A stretch of 30,785 bases of DNA from an uncultured Anaerolineales bacterium (GCA_964397995.1 CAYNLG010000042.1:1-30785), one strand, 5' to 3'; counted from the first letter of the stretch, positions 1-8,341 are shown. Made by a program: numbers and translations. The notes: a model not told the origin generated them from the sequence alone.

Positions 1-465
1 CGGGGGAGATGGGGAGGATGGGGGGGCGTTACCCGACATTAAGGTGAGGTGGATTGTGCCTTGGCGCTGGCGGCTTAGTGGCGGATGGCGGGGGTGATTG
101 CGGTTGGCGGGAGGGGGGTGGCGACCGCGCGGCGTGAGGGGGCCGCGCGTCCCGCCCGCGAAGAGGGCGTACTGAGCCACCGTGGTGGCGCCGACCCAGT
201 TTCGTGCCTCGGAGAGAGAAACCGGAGAGAGCCACTGCTGGGTGGCGCTGTCGTAAATATCCACGGTGCTACTGAATGGCCCTGTGTCTGCGGACCCCGT
301 CCAGCCCCCCGCGAACAGGGCGCACCCGTTGATTGCGGTACCGGCCAGCCCGGCCCGGGCCTCCGAGAGCTGTGCCAGACTCCACTGGCCCGTTGCGGCG
401 TGCGAGTGGGCCGCCAGCAGTGTGGCGCCGACAACGGCAACCCAAGTTCGAGTGCCACGCTTCAT
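1..465 (-). CDS. Secreted Kelch-like beta-propeller repeat protein; partial, 3' end runs off the window start
   Basis: ATG at 465 on the minus strand, preceded by AAGGAG. N-terminus MKRGTRTWVAVVGATLLAAHSHA looks like a signal peptide. Two Kelch-like blades follow (LSEARAGLAGTAINGCALFAGGWTG..STVDIYDSATQQW and LSEARNWVGATTVAQYALFAGG). No stop before the window edge. The distal ~150 nt translate to Pro/Arg-rich low complexity, so extent and frame are uncertain. Not in the supplied ORF track because no stop lies in the window. Confidence 0.4.
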   Translation of the reverse strand, partial: MKRGTRTWVAVVGATLLAAHSHAATGQWSLAQLSEARAGLAGTAINGCALFAGGWTGSADTGPFSSTVDIYDSATQQWLSPVSLSEARNWVGATTVAQYALFAGGTRGPLTPRGRHPPPANRNHPRHPPLSRQRQGTIHLTLMSGNAPPSSPSPP

Positions 466-639
466 TGGTCAGTCTCCTTTCGTCGCCATGCCATGCACAA
501 ACAACCGGGGCTCGTCCGCCCGATGCGGACGCAGCCCCGGGTGCATTCAGATCAGACTGGCGCGGGTGTGTCTGCTTCCCCCTGCTACCGGCACGAGCAT
601 GCCCCCCCCCGCGTTTGTCAAATGCAAAATAGCCGCATT

Positions 640-1120
640 TTCAGACGACAGCCATGGCGGGGCCACAGGGGCAGCTGCCTGCTGCAGGCAGGCCGCAGTC
701 CATAGAAGACGGAGAACGGCAAGGCGGCAACGGCAGGACGGCAAAACGGCAGAAGCGGCGAGGCAGAACTCGCGGGCTGGAGGCCCGTGCCGCCGAAGAC
801 GGCGAACGGCGGCACGCCAGGAACGGCGCGGTGGGCCCAGAAACGCGGCCATCCGCACGCCCCCACGGACGTGCGGATGGCCCTTACGCTGGGATGGGAC
901 AGCCTCCTTATCGTTACGCCGCCGGGACCCTTAAGGAAAAAGCGCGGTCGAATGTCAGGGATTTCGTGAACGCCGAATGCGGAAGCCGGAATGCGGAATG
1001 CAGGCGACGGCAAGACGGCAAAACAGCAAGGCAACGGCAGCCAAAGCGGTGCCGCCGGCACCGCAGTCCATAGAAGAGCGACGGCAAAACGGCCGAGCGA
1101 CACGGGCGGGGGCAAGCCCC
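640..1120. repeat. Non-coding region with short degenerate direct repeats: ACGGCA(A/G) motif about 10 copies, GCAGTCCATAGAAGA twice, GAATGCGGA twice
   Basis: Read directly. ccgcagtccatagaaga occurs at ~693-709 and ~1061-1077. cggcaa(a/g)acggc-type units cluster at 716-760, 1004-1040 and 1080-1095. ggaatgcgga direct repeats lie at 975-1001. ORFs in this region are basic and low complexity and are judged non-coding. Confidence 0.5.
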
Positions 1121-1215
1121 CTCCTTCGCTGGCGCCGCGGCGGGCGGGCCGTGGCGGAAAGAGCCATCGCGAGGGTCGGGTGAGCGCCCAGGGCGGGCGC
1201 CGATGGCTCAGTGCG

Positions 1216-1245
1216 TTGACGGCGGGGCGGGGCGGGGTCTAGAAT
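1216..1245 (+). promoter_or_regulatory. Sigma70-like promoter candidate: TTGACG, 18-nt spacer, TAGAAT
   Basis: TTGACG at 1216-1221 and TAGAAT at 1240-1245. Lies ~85 nt upstream of the flavodoxin-like start. The same architecture recurs at 15690, 24560, 8239 and 7468. Confidence 0.45.
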
Positions 1246-1327
1246 GGCGGCACGCGCCGAGGGTGGGGTCGCTGACGGGCGGGCCGCGCTCGCCCGGCTG
1301 CCCCCGTCTTGCCGAAAGGAGACCGTC

Positions 1328-1762
1328 GTGGCACGCATTGTCGTCCTGTATTCGAGTCTCTCGGGCCACACCCGCACGATGGCCGCCCACGTCGCCGACG
1401 GAGCCCGCCTCGTCCCCGGGGCGGAGGTCGCGCTGATGGACGCGGCCGACCTGGACCTCGCGGCGGTGGAGGCGGCCGACGGGGTGGCGGTCGGGTCGCC
1501 GAACTACTACTCGTACCCGAGCGGCCAGGTGAAGCACTTCTTCGACGTGGCGTTTCGGCGTCCGGCCTTCAAGGGGAAGCCGTACGTGGGGTTCTCGACG
1601 CACGGTGGGGGCGGCGGCATCTCGGGGGTACTCGACCGGTTGGCCGAGTCGCTCGGGATGGAGCGGGCGGCCGAGGGGCTGGACGTGGCCCAGGAGCCGC
1701 AGGGCGACCAGGTCCGGGCGTGCCGCAAGCTCGGCCAGACGCTGGCCGAGGCGGTGTCGTGA
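1328..1762 (+). CDS. Flavodoxin-fold FMN-dependent protein (WrbA / NAD(P)H-quinone oxidoreductase-like)
   Basis: GTG start with AAGGAG 6 nt upstream. N-terminal IVVLYSSLSGHTRTMA flavodoxin-type phosphate loop. GSPNYYSYPSGQVKHFFD motif typical of WrbA/flavodoxin-like proteins. Coding-like composition. Confidence 0.7.
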   Translation: MARIVVLYSSLSGHTRTMAAHVADGARLVPGAEVALMDAADLDLAAVEAADGVAVGSPNYYSYPSGQVKHFFDVAFRRPAFKGKPYVGFSTHGGGGGISGVLDRLAESLGMERAAEGLDVAQEPQGDQVRACRKLGQTLAEAVS

Positions 1763-1872
1763 TGTGTTGGGTAGAAGACACGGGTTTGTGAGAAACGCGA
1801 GGGTCGCGTGGACGCTCAAGCAATGCGCCGCGCGCGGGTCGGGGTGGCGCTGGCGAAGAACGGAATGAGGGC

Positions 1873-3054
1873 ATGCTGACGATTCCCGCCAAGACGGTGT
1901 ACGTGGACCCGGCGGTGCGCGCGCGGCCGGCCTGTGCGGCGCGGCTGGAGCGGATGTGGCCGCACGTCGCCTGCGACGACGTCCGCACGATGACGCCGGG
2001 GGATTACCGGGCGGTGTTCGACCTGGGCCAGCGGCGGCACGGGAAGGACGACTTGGGCGACGACGCGGTCCTCGTCTTCACGACGTTCGACGAGGGTCGC
2101 CTCGACTGGTTCTACCATTACCGGGACGCGGGCCGGGTGGGGGAGAATCAGGGCGGGGCGTGCCAGTCGGCGCTGGAGCTGAACGTAGTGGACGGGTGCA
2201 TGTTCCGGTGTGCGTATTGCGGGTTCGGGCGGCGGGTGGTGTTCTACCTGGACGTCGAGCGGTTCATGGCGGGGCTGGACGCCCAGTTCGCCCGGTACCC
2301 GCGGCAGCGGCTGTGGAAGTACTCGAACATGACCGATTTGCCGCCCTTCGAGCCGGAGCTGGACGCGGTGCGGCCGATGGTGGAGCAATTCGCGCGGGAG
2401 GCGGACCGGTACCTGATGCTCTTCACGAAATCCGACAACGTGGACTTCTTGCTGGGGCTGGACCATGGGGGGCGGACGATCGTGAGCTGGTCGCTCTCCG
2501 GCCGCACCGTCAGCCGCGAGGTCGACAAGCGGACGGCCCCGATGGAGGGGCGGCTGGAGGCGATGGGCCGGTGCCAGGCGGCGGGGTACCGGGTGCGGGC
2601 GCGGCTGAGCCCGATTGTGCCGGTGCGGGGGTGGCGGGAGGAGTACAGGGAGCTGCTGGAGCGGCTGCTGGCGACGGTGCGGCCGGACGTGGTGACGGTG
2701 GAGTTGCTGGGGTGGATGGATTTCCGCGACCTCACCCAGATTGTGCCGCGCGAGCTGATCGACGACGCGGCGTGGGCGGGGGCGGAGGCGGCGGCGGACC
2801 GGCTGGCAGGGCGGCGGGAAGGGCCGTTCGACGAGGCCACCCACGAGGCGGTGTACCGGTTCTGCATCGAGACGGTGCGCGAGCTGAGCCCGGGGACGCC
2901 GGTGGCGGTGTGTCACGGGACGCCGGCGGTGTGGGCGGCGCTCGGCGAGGCGATGGGGATGACGGCCGAGGCGTACATCTGCAATTGCGGGCCGCAGTCG
3001 GCGCCCGGCGGGGCGACGTACGACTGGTGGCACGCGGCATCGGGCGGGGGTTGA
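1873..3054 (+). CDS. Spore-photoproduct-lyase-family (SplB-like) radical SAM protein
   Basis: CMFRCAYC is a Cx3Cx2C radical SAM cluster motif, in the LELNVVDGCMFRCAYCGF context typical of the SPL/DNA-repair-photolyase-like family (COG1533). Length 393 aa. RBS-like GGAATGAGGG upstream of ATG 1873. Confidence 0.65.
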   Translation: MLTIPAKTVYVDPAVRARPACAARLERMWPHVACDDVRTMTPGDYRAVFDLGQRRHGKDDLGDDAVLVFTTFDEGRLDWFYHYRDAGRVGENQGGACQSALELNVVDGCMFRCAYCGFGRRVVFYLDVERFMAGLDAQFARYPRQRLWKYSNMTDLPPFEPELDAVRPMVEQFAREADRYLMLFTKSDNVDFLLGLDHGGRTIVSWSLSGRTVSREVDKRTAPMEGRLEAMGRCQAAGYRVRARLSPIVPVRGWREEYRELLERLLATVRPDVVTVELLGWMDFRDLTQIVPRELIDDAAWAGAEAAADRLAGRREGPFDEATHEAVYRFCIETVRELSPGTPVAVCHGTPAVWAALGEAMGMTAEAYICNCGPQSAPGGATYDWWHAASGGG

Positions 3055-3080
3055 GGGCGGCAGGCGCACTAGGAGGCACT

Positions 3081-3203
3081 ATGCCTATCGTCATTCTGAT
3101 GTTTTTGTATCTGGCGGCGCATTGGGTGTACGGGTGGCTGCTCACCCGTCACTGGAATCGTCGCACGGAGCAGGACAGGGCTCATCACCCTGGCCGTCCG
3201 TGA
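3081..3203 (+). CDS. Small single-pass membrane peptide (40 aa), hypothetical
   Basis: Perfect AGGAGG 5 nt upstream of ATG 3081. Peptide MPIVILMFLYLAAHWVYGWLLTRHWNRRTEQDRAHHPGRP has a hydrophobic helix followed by a basic tail. Local GC is markedly lower than the surroundings. Lies 27 nt downstream of the radical SAM gene. Confidence 0.5.
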   Translation: MPIVILMFLYLAAHWVYGWLLTRHWNRRTEQDRAHHPGRP

Positions 3204-3330
3204 CCAGACGCAGGTTGGCGGCGGTGCGCCCCGCGCGTGAGGAAACGTCAAGGCGGCCCCCGGTGCGCGCCGATGCGGGTAGCGCACAGGGCGCGCGCGT
3301 GCGGCGCGCAATCCCTTGGCGGGAAAAGAG

Positions 3331-3360
3331 TTGACGGGGCGGACGGCCGAGGTGTAGCGT
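3331..3360 (+). promoter_or_regulatory. Promoter candidate: TTGACG, 18-nt spacer, TAGCGT
   Basis: TTGACG at 3331-3336. The -10 (TAGCGT) is weak. Positioned ~40 nt upstream of the 3401 ORF. Confidence 0.3.
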
Positions 3361-3400
3361 ATCGGGCGTTCGTCCGGCCTGCGGGCCGGGAGGCGCTGTG

Positions 3401-3679
3401 ATGGCCAGGTGCGACGAGGCGCAGCCGAAGGCGGCGTGCCAGGAGGCGGCCCGCCGGTTCGTCGAGGGGCTGTCGGAGGAGGAGGTGATGCTCGTTCGCC
3501 TCCGCGACGAGCTCTACGACGGCCGGTGGGACCAGATGCGGACCGACCTCCAGGACCGGCTCCAGGGCAAGCCGTATGTCTTCAAGCTCGCTCACCGCAT
3601 CCAGGACGATATCGAGCGGATCGAGCGGCTGAGCCGCTTCGAGCAGAAGCACGGCGTGGACCTGGCGGCCTATCTGTAG
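3401..3679 (+). CDS. Hypothetical soluble helical protein (92 aa)
   Basis: ATG 3401 with GGGAGG 8 nt upstream. Non-repetitive charged/helical sequence (..LVRLRDELYDGRWDQMRTDLQDRLQGKPYVFKLAHRIQDDIERIERL..). No family recognised by eye. Confidence 0.5.
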   Translation: MARCDEAQPKAACQEAARRFVEGLSEEEVMLVRLRDELYDGRWDQMRTDLQDRLQGKPYVFKLAHRIQDDIERIERLSRFEQKHGVDLAAYL

Positions 3680-3763
3680 GCGCCGGGCGGCGACGCGGAG
3701 GGAGAAGGGCGGCGGCGGGGGCCGTCGGCCCGCGAGTGGGACGTGCGAGGCGCGGAGTCGAGT

Positions 3764-4918
3764 ATGAACAGAGCGGCGAACCGGTCGGTCGTGTGGAGCT
3801 GGGCGAGTCTGGCCCTTGGGGTCCTGGCGATGGCGGGGGGCCTGGGGTGCGCCCAGGGGACCCGCGAGGCGTACGTCGGGCCGACCGTGCCGTCGCCCGA
3901 CGGCCTGGTGCCGCTGGCGGTGCTCTCGCTCGAGGGGCTCGACACCCTCTGGTACACGCAGCTGATCATGCCGGAGGGGACGCAGGTCACGCGGCTGTGG
4001 CTGAGCGGCGACACCCTGCTGGCGTGCGGGACGGACAACCGGGTCTACTGTGTGGACGCGGCGACGGGCCAACGGTTGTGGTCGCGGCAGTTGGCGGACC
4101 CGTTCCAGACGGTGTTCCGGCCGACGGTGTACGGCGAGGACGTGTGGATCGCGACGACGCTGCACCTGTGGCGGATCCGCCTCGACGACGGCGACGTCCT
4201 CGACAAGAGGGTCCTCGACTACGCCCCCGGCGCCGGGGCGACCACGAACGGGACGCATGTCTTCTACGCGGGGGCGCGCGGCTGGGTGCAGGCGTTCGCC
4301 ATCGTCGACGACGCCCTGTCGTGGGGCCGGTGGATGCCGGAGACGATGTCGGCGCGGCCGGTGCTGGCGAGCAGCGTCGTGGTGGCCGGGACGCAGGGCG
4401 GCCAGGTCGTCGCGATGAACCAGAGCCGGCGGTACACCGTCTGGGATTACCAGGCCGAGGGGCCCATCCTGGGCGACCCGAAGGTCAGCGAGGCCAACCT
4501 CGTCATCGTGCCGACCCTGGACTACAGCGTCTACGCCTTCGAGGCCTCCAGCGGCGTGATGCGCTGGCGCTTCAACGCCGGCGAGCCCGTCACGCAGACC
4601 GCCTGGCCCACCGGCGAGCAGGTCCTCGTCTTCACCGACCGCAACGGGATGCGCGTCCTGGACGGCTCCAGCGGCGTGCCGGCGTGGCAGCTGGAGGGCG
4701 GGCGCGATTACGTGGCGGCCGACCCGGAGACGATTACCGTCCTCACGGATGAGCACGTCATGGCCGTCCTGGAGCGGGACAAGGGCGAGGTGCGGCTGGC
4801 GGTGCCGCTGCGCCCGTCGGCCGTCGTGGCCCAGAACGGCTCGCTCGACGGCACGGTTTACGTGACGACGCCGACCGGCGTCCTGGTCGCGCTCCGGCAG
4901 ACCAAGCCGGCGCCGTAG
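3764..4918 (+). CDS. PQQ-like / BamB-like beta-propeller lipoprotein
   Basis: Signal peptide with lipobox (LAMAGGLGC). Repeated 'YCVDAATGQRLW', 'VYAFEASSGVMRW', 'VLDGSSGVPAWQ' motifs characteristic of PQQ-type beta-propeller blades. Confidence 0.65.
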   Translation: MNRAANRSVVWSWASLALGVLAMAGGLGCAQGTREAYVGPTVPSPDGLVPLAVLSLEGLDTLWYTQLIMPEGTQVTRLWLSGDTLLACGTDNRVYCVDAATGQRLWSRQLADPFQTVFRPTVYGEDVWIATTLHLWRIRLDDGDVLDKRVLDYAPGAGATTNGTHVFYAGARGWVQAFAIVDDALSWGRWMPETMSARPVLASSVVVAGTQGGQVVAMNQSRRYTVWDYQAEGPILGDPKVSEANLVIVPTLDYSVYAFEASSGVMRWRFNAGEPVTQTAWPTGEQVLVFTDRNGMRVLDGSSGVPAWQLEGGRDYVAADPETITVLTDEHVMAVLERDKGEVRLAVPLRPSAVVAQNGSLDGTVYVTTPTGVLVALRQTKPAP

Positions 4919-4953
4919 GCCCGGCCCGGCGGCATCCGGCCCTGTCGGCCCCT

Positions 4954-4984
4954 CCCGCGCCCGGTGCGCGCGGTGCGGCTTTTT
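4954..4984 (+). terminator. Possible intrinsic terminator (GC hairpin then TTTTT) after the propeller gene
   Basis: ccgcgc-ccggtgc-gcgcgg stem-loop followed by tgcggcTTTTT (T-run at 4980-4984). A second perfect hairpin GCGGTTccccgaAACCGC lies at 4993-5010. The U-run is not immediately adjacent to the stem. Confidence 0.3.
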
Positions 4985-5111
4985 CCGGGGCTGCGGTTCC
5001 CCGAAACCGCGCGACACTCGCGCTTGCATCCGCGCGCGCCGCGACGTAGGCTGCACGCAGCGGCGGCGCGGGTGACCTGTGGCGGACCCGCCCCCCGCCC
5101 AGGGGACCCCC

Positions 5112-6212
5112 ATGACCACCGTGCGGGACATTGTGCAGGCCGTCGACCGGCTGGCGCCGTTCGCCTTGGCCGAGGCGTGGGACCACGTCGGCCTTCAGGT
5201 GGGCGACCCGGCGACGCCCGTCGCCCGGGTGCTGGTGGCGCTGGACGTCTCGGAGGCGGTGCTGGACGAGGCGGCCGAGGTCGGGGCGGACCTGGTCCTC
5301 GCCCACCACCCGCTGATCTTCAAGCCGCTGGAGGCGGTGACCGCCGACGGCCGCGCGGGCCGCCTGGTCCTGCGCCTCGCCCGCGAGGGCCGCGCCATGG
5401 TGGCCGCCCACACCAACCTCGATGCCGCCGACGGGGGGCTGTGCGACCTGTTGGCGCGGCGAGTGGGGCTGGTGGACCTGGTGCCGCTGCAGGCGGCCCC
5501 GGCGGACAAGGCGTACAAGGTGGTCGTGTTCGTGCCGGAGACGGCGCTGGCGGCGGTGCGGGAGGCGGCGTTCGCGGCGGGGGCGGGGCGGCTGGGGGCG
5601 TACAGCGAGTGCGGGTTCGTCACGACCGGCACGGGCACCTTCCGGCCGGAGCCGGGGGCGAGCCCCGCCGTCGGCCAGGTCGGCCGCCGCGAGGCCGTCG
5701 CCGAGGCCCGCTTCGAGACGCTGGTCGAGCGGCGGGCGCTCGGGCGGGTGCTGGCGGCGGTGGCGGAGGCGCATCCGTACGAGCGGCCGGCGGTGGACGT
5801 CCATCCGCTCCGGGCCGCCGCCGCGGGCGTCGGCCTCGGCCGCCTCGGCCGCCTCGAAACGCCGGTCCCGCTGGCGGCGCTGGCCGATACCGTCCGCGAG
5901 GCCCTCGGGCTGCCCACGCTCCGGGTCGGGGGCAACCCCGGCCGTACGGTCCAGCGCGTCGCGCTGGTGACGGGGGCGGGCAGCGGCCTTACCGAGACCG
6001 TGGCCGCCGCCGGCGCCGACGCCTACGTCACGGGCGAACTGAAGCTCCACGAGGTCCAGGACTTGGCGGCCGAAGGGATCGGGTCGATCCTGGGCGGCCA
6101 CTACGAGACCGAGCGCGTGCCGCTGGAGGCCTGGGCCCCGCGGCTGGCCGAGACGACCGGCGCCGAGGTGGTGATGGCGACGCGGGAACGCGGCGCGATT
6201 CGCTGGGAGTGA
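5112..6212 (+). CDS. Nif3-like dinuclear-metal-center protein (YqfO/YbgI family, long form with insert domain)
   Basis: N-terminal 'AEAWDHVGLQVGD', 'LAHHPLIFKPL', 'AAHTNLDA' and C-terminal 'YVTGELKLHE' motifs of the Nif3 family. Promoter-like TTGCAT, 17-nt spacer, TAGGCT at 5024-5052. Confidence 0.75.
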   Translation: MTTVRDIVQAVDRLAPFALAEAWDHVGLQVGDPATPVARVLVALDVSEAVLDEAAEVGADLVLAHHPLIFKPLEAVTADGRAGRLVLRLAREGRAMVAAHTNLDAADGGLCDLLARRVGLVDLVPLQAAPADKAYKVVVFVPETALAAVREAAFAAGAGRLGAYSECGFVTTGTGTFRPEPGASPAVGQVGRREAVAEARFETLVERRALGRVLAAVAEAHPYERPAVDVHPLRAAAAGVGLGRLGRLETPVPLAALADTVREALGLPTLRVGGNPGRTVQRVALVTGAGSGLTETVAAAGADAYVTGELKLHEVQDLAAEGIGSILGGHYETERVPLEAWAPRLAETTGAEVVMATRERGAIRWE

Positions 6213-6273
6213 GGGACCGCGCGCGGCGCGGCCCCGGGCCCCGGCCCCGGGCCGGGAGAGGAACGGGACGCCG

Positions 6274-7095
6274 ATGACGGCCGAGCTGTGCCCGCTGGGC
6301 AGCGGGAGCCTGGGCAACGCGCTGCTGGTGCGGACGGCGGGTGCCGCCGTGCTCGTCGATTTCGGGCTGACCCAGAAGCGCGTCAAGGCGGGCCTCGCGG
6401 AGGCCGGCCTCGGGCCCGAGGCCCTCCGGGCCGTCTTCGTCACGCACACCCACCGCGACCACGTCGGACCGAGCGCCGCCGGGTTCTGCCTGCGGCACGG
6501 GGTGCCGGTGGTCTCGACGGCGGCGAACCTGCGGGCGCTGGCCGCCGCGATGCCCGCGTTCGGCAAGCTCGACCGGGCGGGCCTGGCCCGGCCGATCGAC
6601 GGCGACCCGGTTGAGGCCGGCGACATTGCCGTCGAGGCCTTCCGCGTGCCGCACGACGCCCCCGGCGAGTGCCTGGGCTTCCGGATGACGCTCGGGTCGG
6701 GCCGGGTGCGGCGGACGGTAGCGGTGGCGACGGACCTGGGCCACGTGCCGACGGGGGCGATGGACCGGTTCGTGGACGCCGACGCGCTGGTGCTGGAGTC
6801 GAACTACGACCCGGAGATGCTCCGGACCAGCGGTCGCCCCTGGGACCTGATCGAACGGATCGAGGGCCCGCACGGGCACCTGGCGAACGAGGAGGCGGCC
6901 GAGGCGGTGGCCGCCATCGTCGGGCGCAGCCGCCCGGGGCGGGTGCGGCAGGTGGTGCTCGCCCACCTGAGCCGCGACTGCAACACGCCGCAACTGGCCC
7001 TGGCGGCCCAGGCGTACCTGGCGTCGCATCACGCGGGGGCGGTGCGGGTGGACGCGGCGTCGCAGTATGCGGCCGGGCCGTGGGTGAGGGTGTAA
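6274..7095 (+). CDS. MBL-fold metallo-hydrolase
   Basis: HTHRDHVG (HxHxDH) metallo-beta-lactamase signature. Additional His/Asp ligands downstream (VPHDAPGE, TDLGH, AHLS). YycJ/PhnP-like architecture. Confidence 0.7.
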   Translation: MTAELCPLGSGSLGNALLVRTAGAAVLVDFGLTQKRVKAGLAEAGLGPEALRAVFVTHTHRDHVGPSAAGFCLRHGVPVVSTAANLRALAAAMPAFGKLDRAGLARPIDGDPVEAGDIAVEAFRVPHDAPGECLGFRMTLGSGRVRRTVAVATDLGHVPTGAMDRFVDADALVLESNYDPEMLRTSGRPWDLIERIEGPHGHLANEEAAEAVAAIVGRSRPGRVRQVVLAHLSRDCNTPQLALAAQAYLASHHAGAVRVDAASQYAAGPWVRV

Positions 7096-7160
7096 AGGGC
7101 GTTCCTCGCGGGGTGGGCGACGTCGGGCGTGGCGGCGCCGGGGCGCGGCGAAGGGGTTGC

Positions 7161-7385
7161 TCACAAGGGCGTATCGGCGGCGTCGTCGCCGGGCCACCCC
7201 GTGTCTATTTCCAGGTCGCGAATCAGGGGTGCCAGGGCCGACAGCAGTTCCGGCACCTGCACCGTTACCACCTCGTACACCTTCTCCAGGTCGACTGTGC
7301 CGTAATCGTGCGCCAGGACGTGGCGCCTCGGACACCTGGCGTGCCGCTTCGCCGATGACCTCCACGCACCGCACCACGGCTGCCT
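7161..7385 (-). pseudogene. Decayed HepT-like (DUF86) ribonuclease toxin remnant
   Basis: One minus-strand frame encodes ..AAVVRCVEVIGEAARQVSE (HepT helix with IGEA). A +1 shifted frame encodes RRHVLAHDYGTVDLEKVYEVVTVQVPELLSALAPLI, containing the HepT catalytic R-x4-H-x-Y motif and the C-terminal helix. The two pieces are about 20 residues too close and out of frame, implying an internal deletion or frameshift. No HepT-like N-terminus and no MntA nucleotidyltransferase partner are present. Confidence 0.5.
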
Positions 7386-7467
7386 GTACCTTAGCCGGGC
7401 GGGGGGCCGGCGTCCAGCCCTCGCCGCCGCGCTCGTCGTTTCTGGCCCGGGCTCCGGGCAATCGCGC

Positions 7468-7495
7468 TTGACGCCCCCCCGGGGGGAGGTACACT
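7468..7495 (+). promoter_or_regulatory. Promoter candidate: TTGACG, 16-nt spacer, TACACT, with a C7G6 palindrome in the spacer
   Basis: TTGACG at 7468-7473, cccccccgggggg at 7474-7486, TACACT at 7490-7495. Lies ~58 nt upstream of the 7553 start. Confidence 0.4.
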
Positions 7496-7552
7496 CGCCC
7501 CCCGCGGGCCGGGGCAATGAGGCCGCCGGCGCGAGCAGACGGAAGGCATTTC

Positions 7553-8203
7553 ATGAGCGGCACGGACACCCCCCTGAACATGCTCTCGGCCGACGAGCAG
7601 CGCGACGGCTGGCAACTCCTCTTCGACGGCACCTCGGCCGACGCCTGGGTCGGCTACCGCCAGGACGCGCTGCCGGCCGGGTGGCAGGCGGTCGACGGCA
7701 CCCTCGCCCGGGTCGAGAAGGCCGGCGACATCGTCACGCGCGACCCCTATGACAACTTCGAGCTGGCCCTGGAGTGGAAGATCAGCGAGGGCGGGAACTC
7801 CGGCATCTTCTTCCGCGTGACCGACGACGGCGACGCCGTCTGGCACACCGGCCACGAGATGCAGGTCCTCGACAACGACCGCCACCGCGACGGCCGCAAC
7901 CCCATCACGATGGTCAACTCCTGCTACGCCCTGTACCCGCCGAAGGACCACAAGGACTGGTGCAAGCCGGTGGGCGAGTGGAACGCGATCCGGATCAAGG
8001 CCGACGGCCCGCGCATCGAGTACGGGTGCAACGGGACGCAGGTGGTGGCGTTCGAGATCGGCAGCCCGGACTGGCGCGAGCGGGTGGCGGGGTCGAAGTT
8101 CGCGAAGTTCGACGGGTTTGGCACGAAGCCCGCCGGCCGCATTGCCCTGCAGGACCACGGCGACGCCGTGTGGTACCGGAACCTGAAGATCCGGGTCCTC
8201 TGA
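7553..8203 (+). CDS. DUF1080 / 3-keto-disaccharide-hydrolase-like (LamG-type jelly-roll) protein
   Basis: Typical motifs of this family: 'W.LLFDGTS.D.W', 'GDIVT...Y.NFEL.LEWKI...GNSGIFFR', 'HEMQVLDN', '[16 protein letters not shown]'. ATG 7553 preceded by GGAAGG. Confidence 0.7.
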   Translation: MSGTDTPLNMLSADEQRDGWQLLFDGTSADAWVGYRQDALPAGWQAVDGTLARVEKAGDIVTRDPYDNFELALEWKISEGGNSGIFFRVTDDGDAVWHTGHEMQVLDNDRHRDGRNPITMVNSCYALYPPKDHKDWCKPVGEWNAIRIKADGPRIEYGCNGTQVVAFEIGSPDWRERVAGSKFAKFDGFGTKPAGRIALQDHGDAVWYRNLKIRVL

Positions 8204-8238
8204 CGGAGGAACCGGGGCGGCCCCCCGTGCCGGAATCC

Positions 8239-8269
8239 TTGAAGGGCCGCGCCCGGGTCCGCTATAATC
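8239..8269 (+). promoter_or_regulatory. Promoter candidate: TTGAAG, 19-nt spacer, TATAAT
   Basis: Consensus TATAAT at 8264-8269, ~70 nt upstream of the hisF start. The spacer is slightly long. Confidence 0.4.
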
Positions 8270-8341
8270 GCCCCATGCGTCCGCGGTGCGCGGTGCGCGC
8301 GGCCGCGGGGTGCTGCGCGCACCGTGCCGGAAAGGGTCGCC

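Noticed and set aside
654-1242. Basic ORFs (139 aa, 83 aa, 68 aa) in the 470-1327 gap
   Set aside because: Translations are driven by the ACGGCAA-type DNA repeats (RQDGKTAK... repeats) and have no fold-like sequence. Treated as non-coding repeat region.
3248-5131. 627-aa minus-strand ORF antisense to the PQQ-like propeller gene
   Set aside because: Composition artefact (R/P/G/A-rich, no motifs). The sense-strand gene has clear propeller repeats and a lipoprotein signal.
4758-7632. Long minus-strand ORFs (622 aa, 534 aa) and the plus-strand 437-aa ORF over the Nif3/MBL region
   Set aside because: Low-complexity Arg/Gly/Pro translations overlapping the Nif3-like and MBL genes, which have strong motif support. 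One segment is reused only as a frame of the HepT remnant.
8324-8341. Alternative hisF start at GTG 8324
   Set aside because: The GTG at 8342 gives the canonical [12 protein letters not shown]-terminus. The earlier start adds six non-conserved residues. It cannot be excluded without data.
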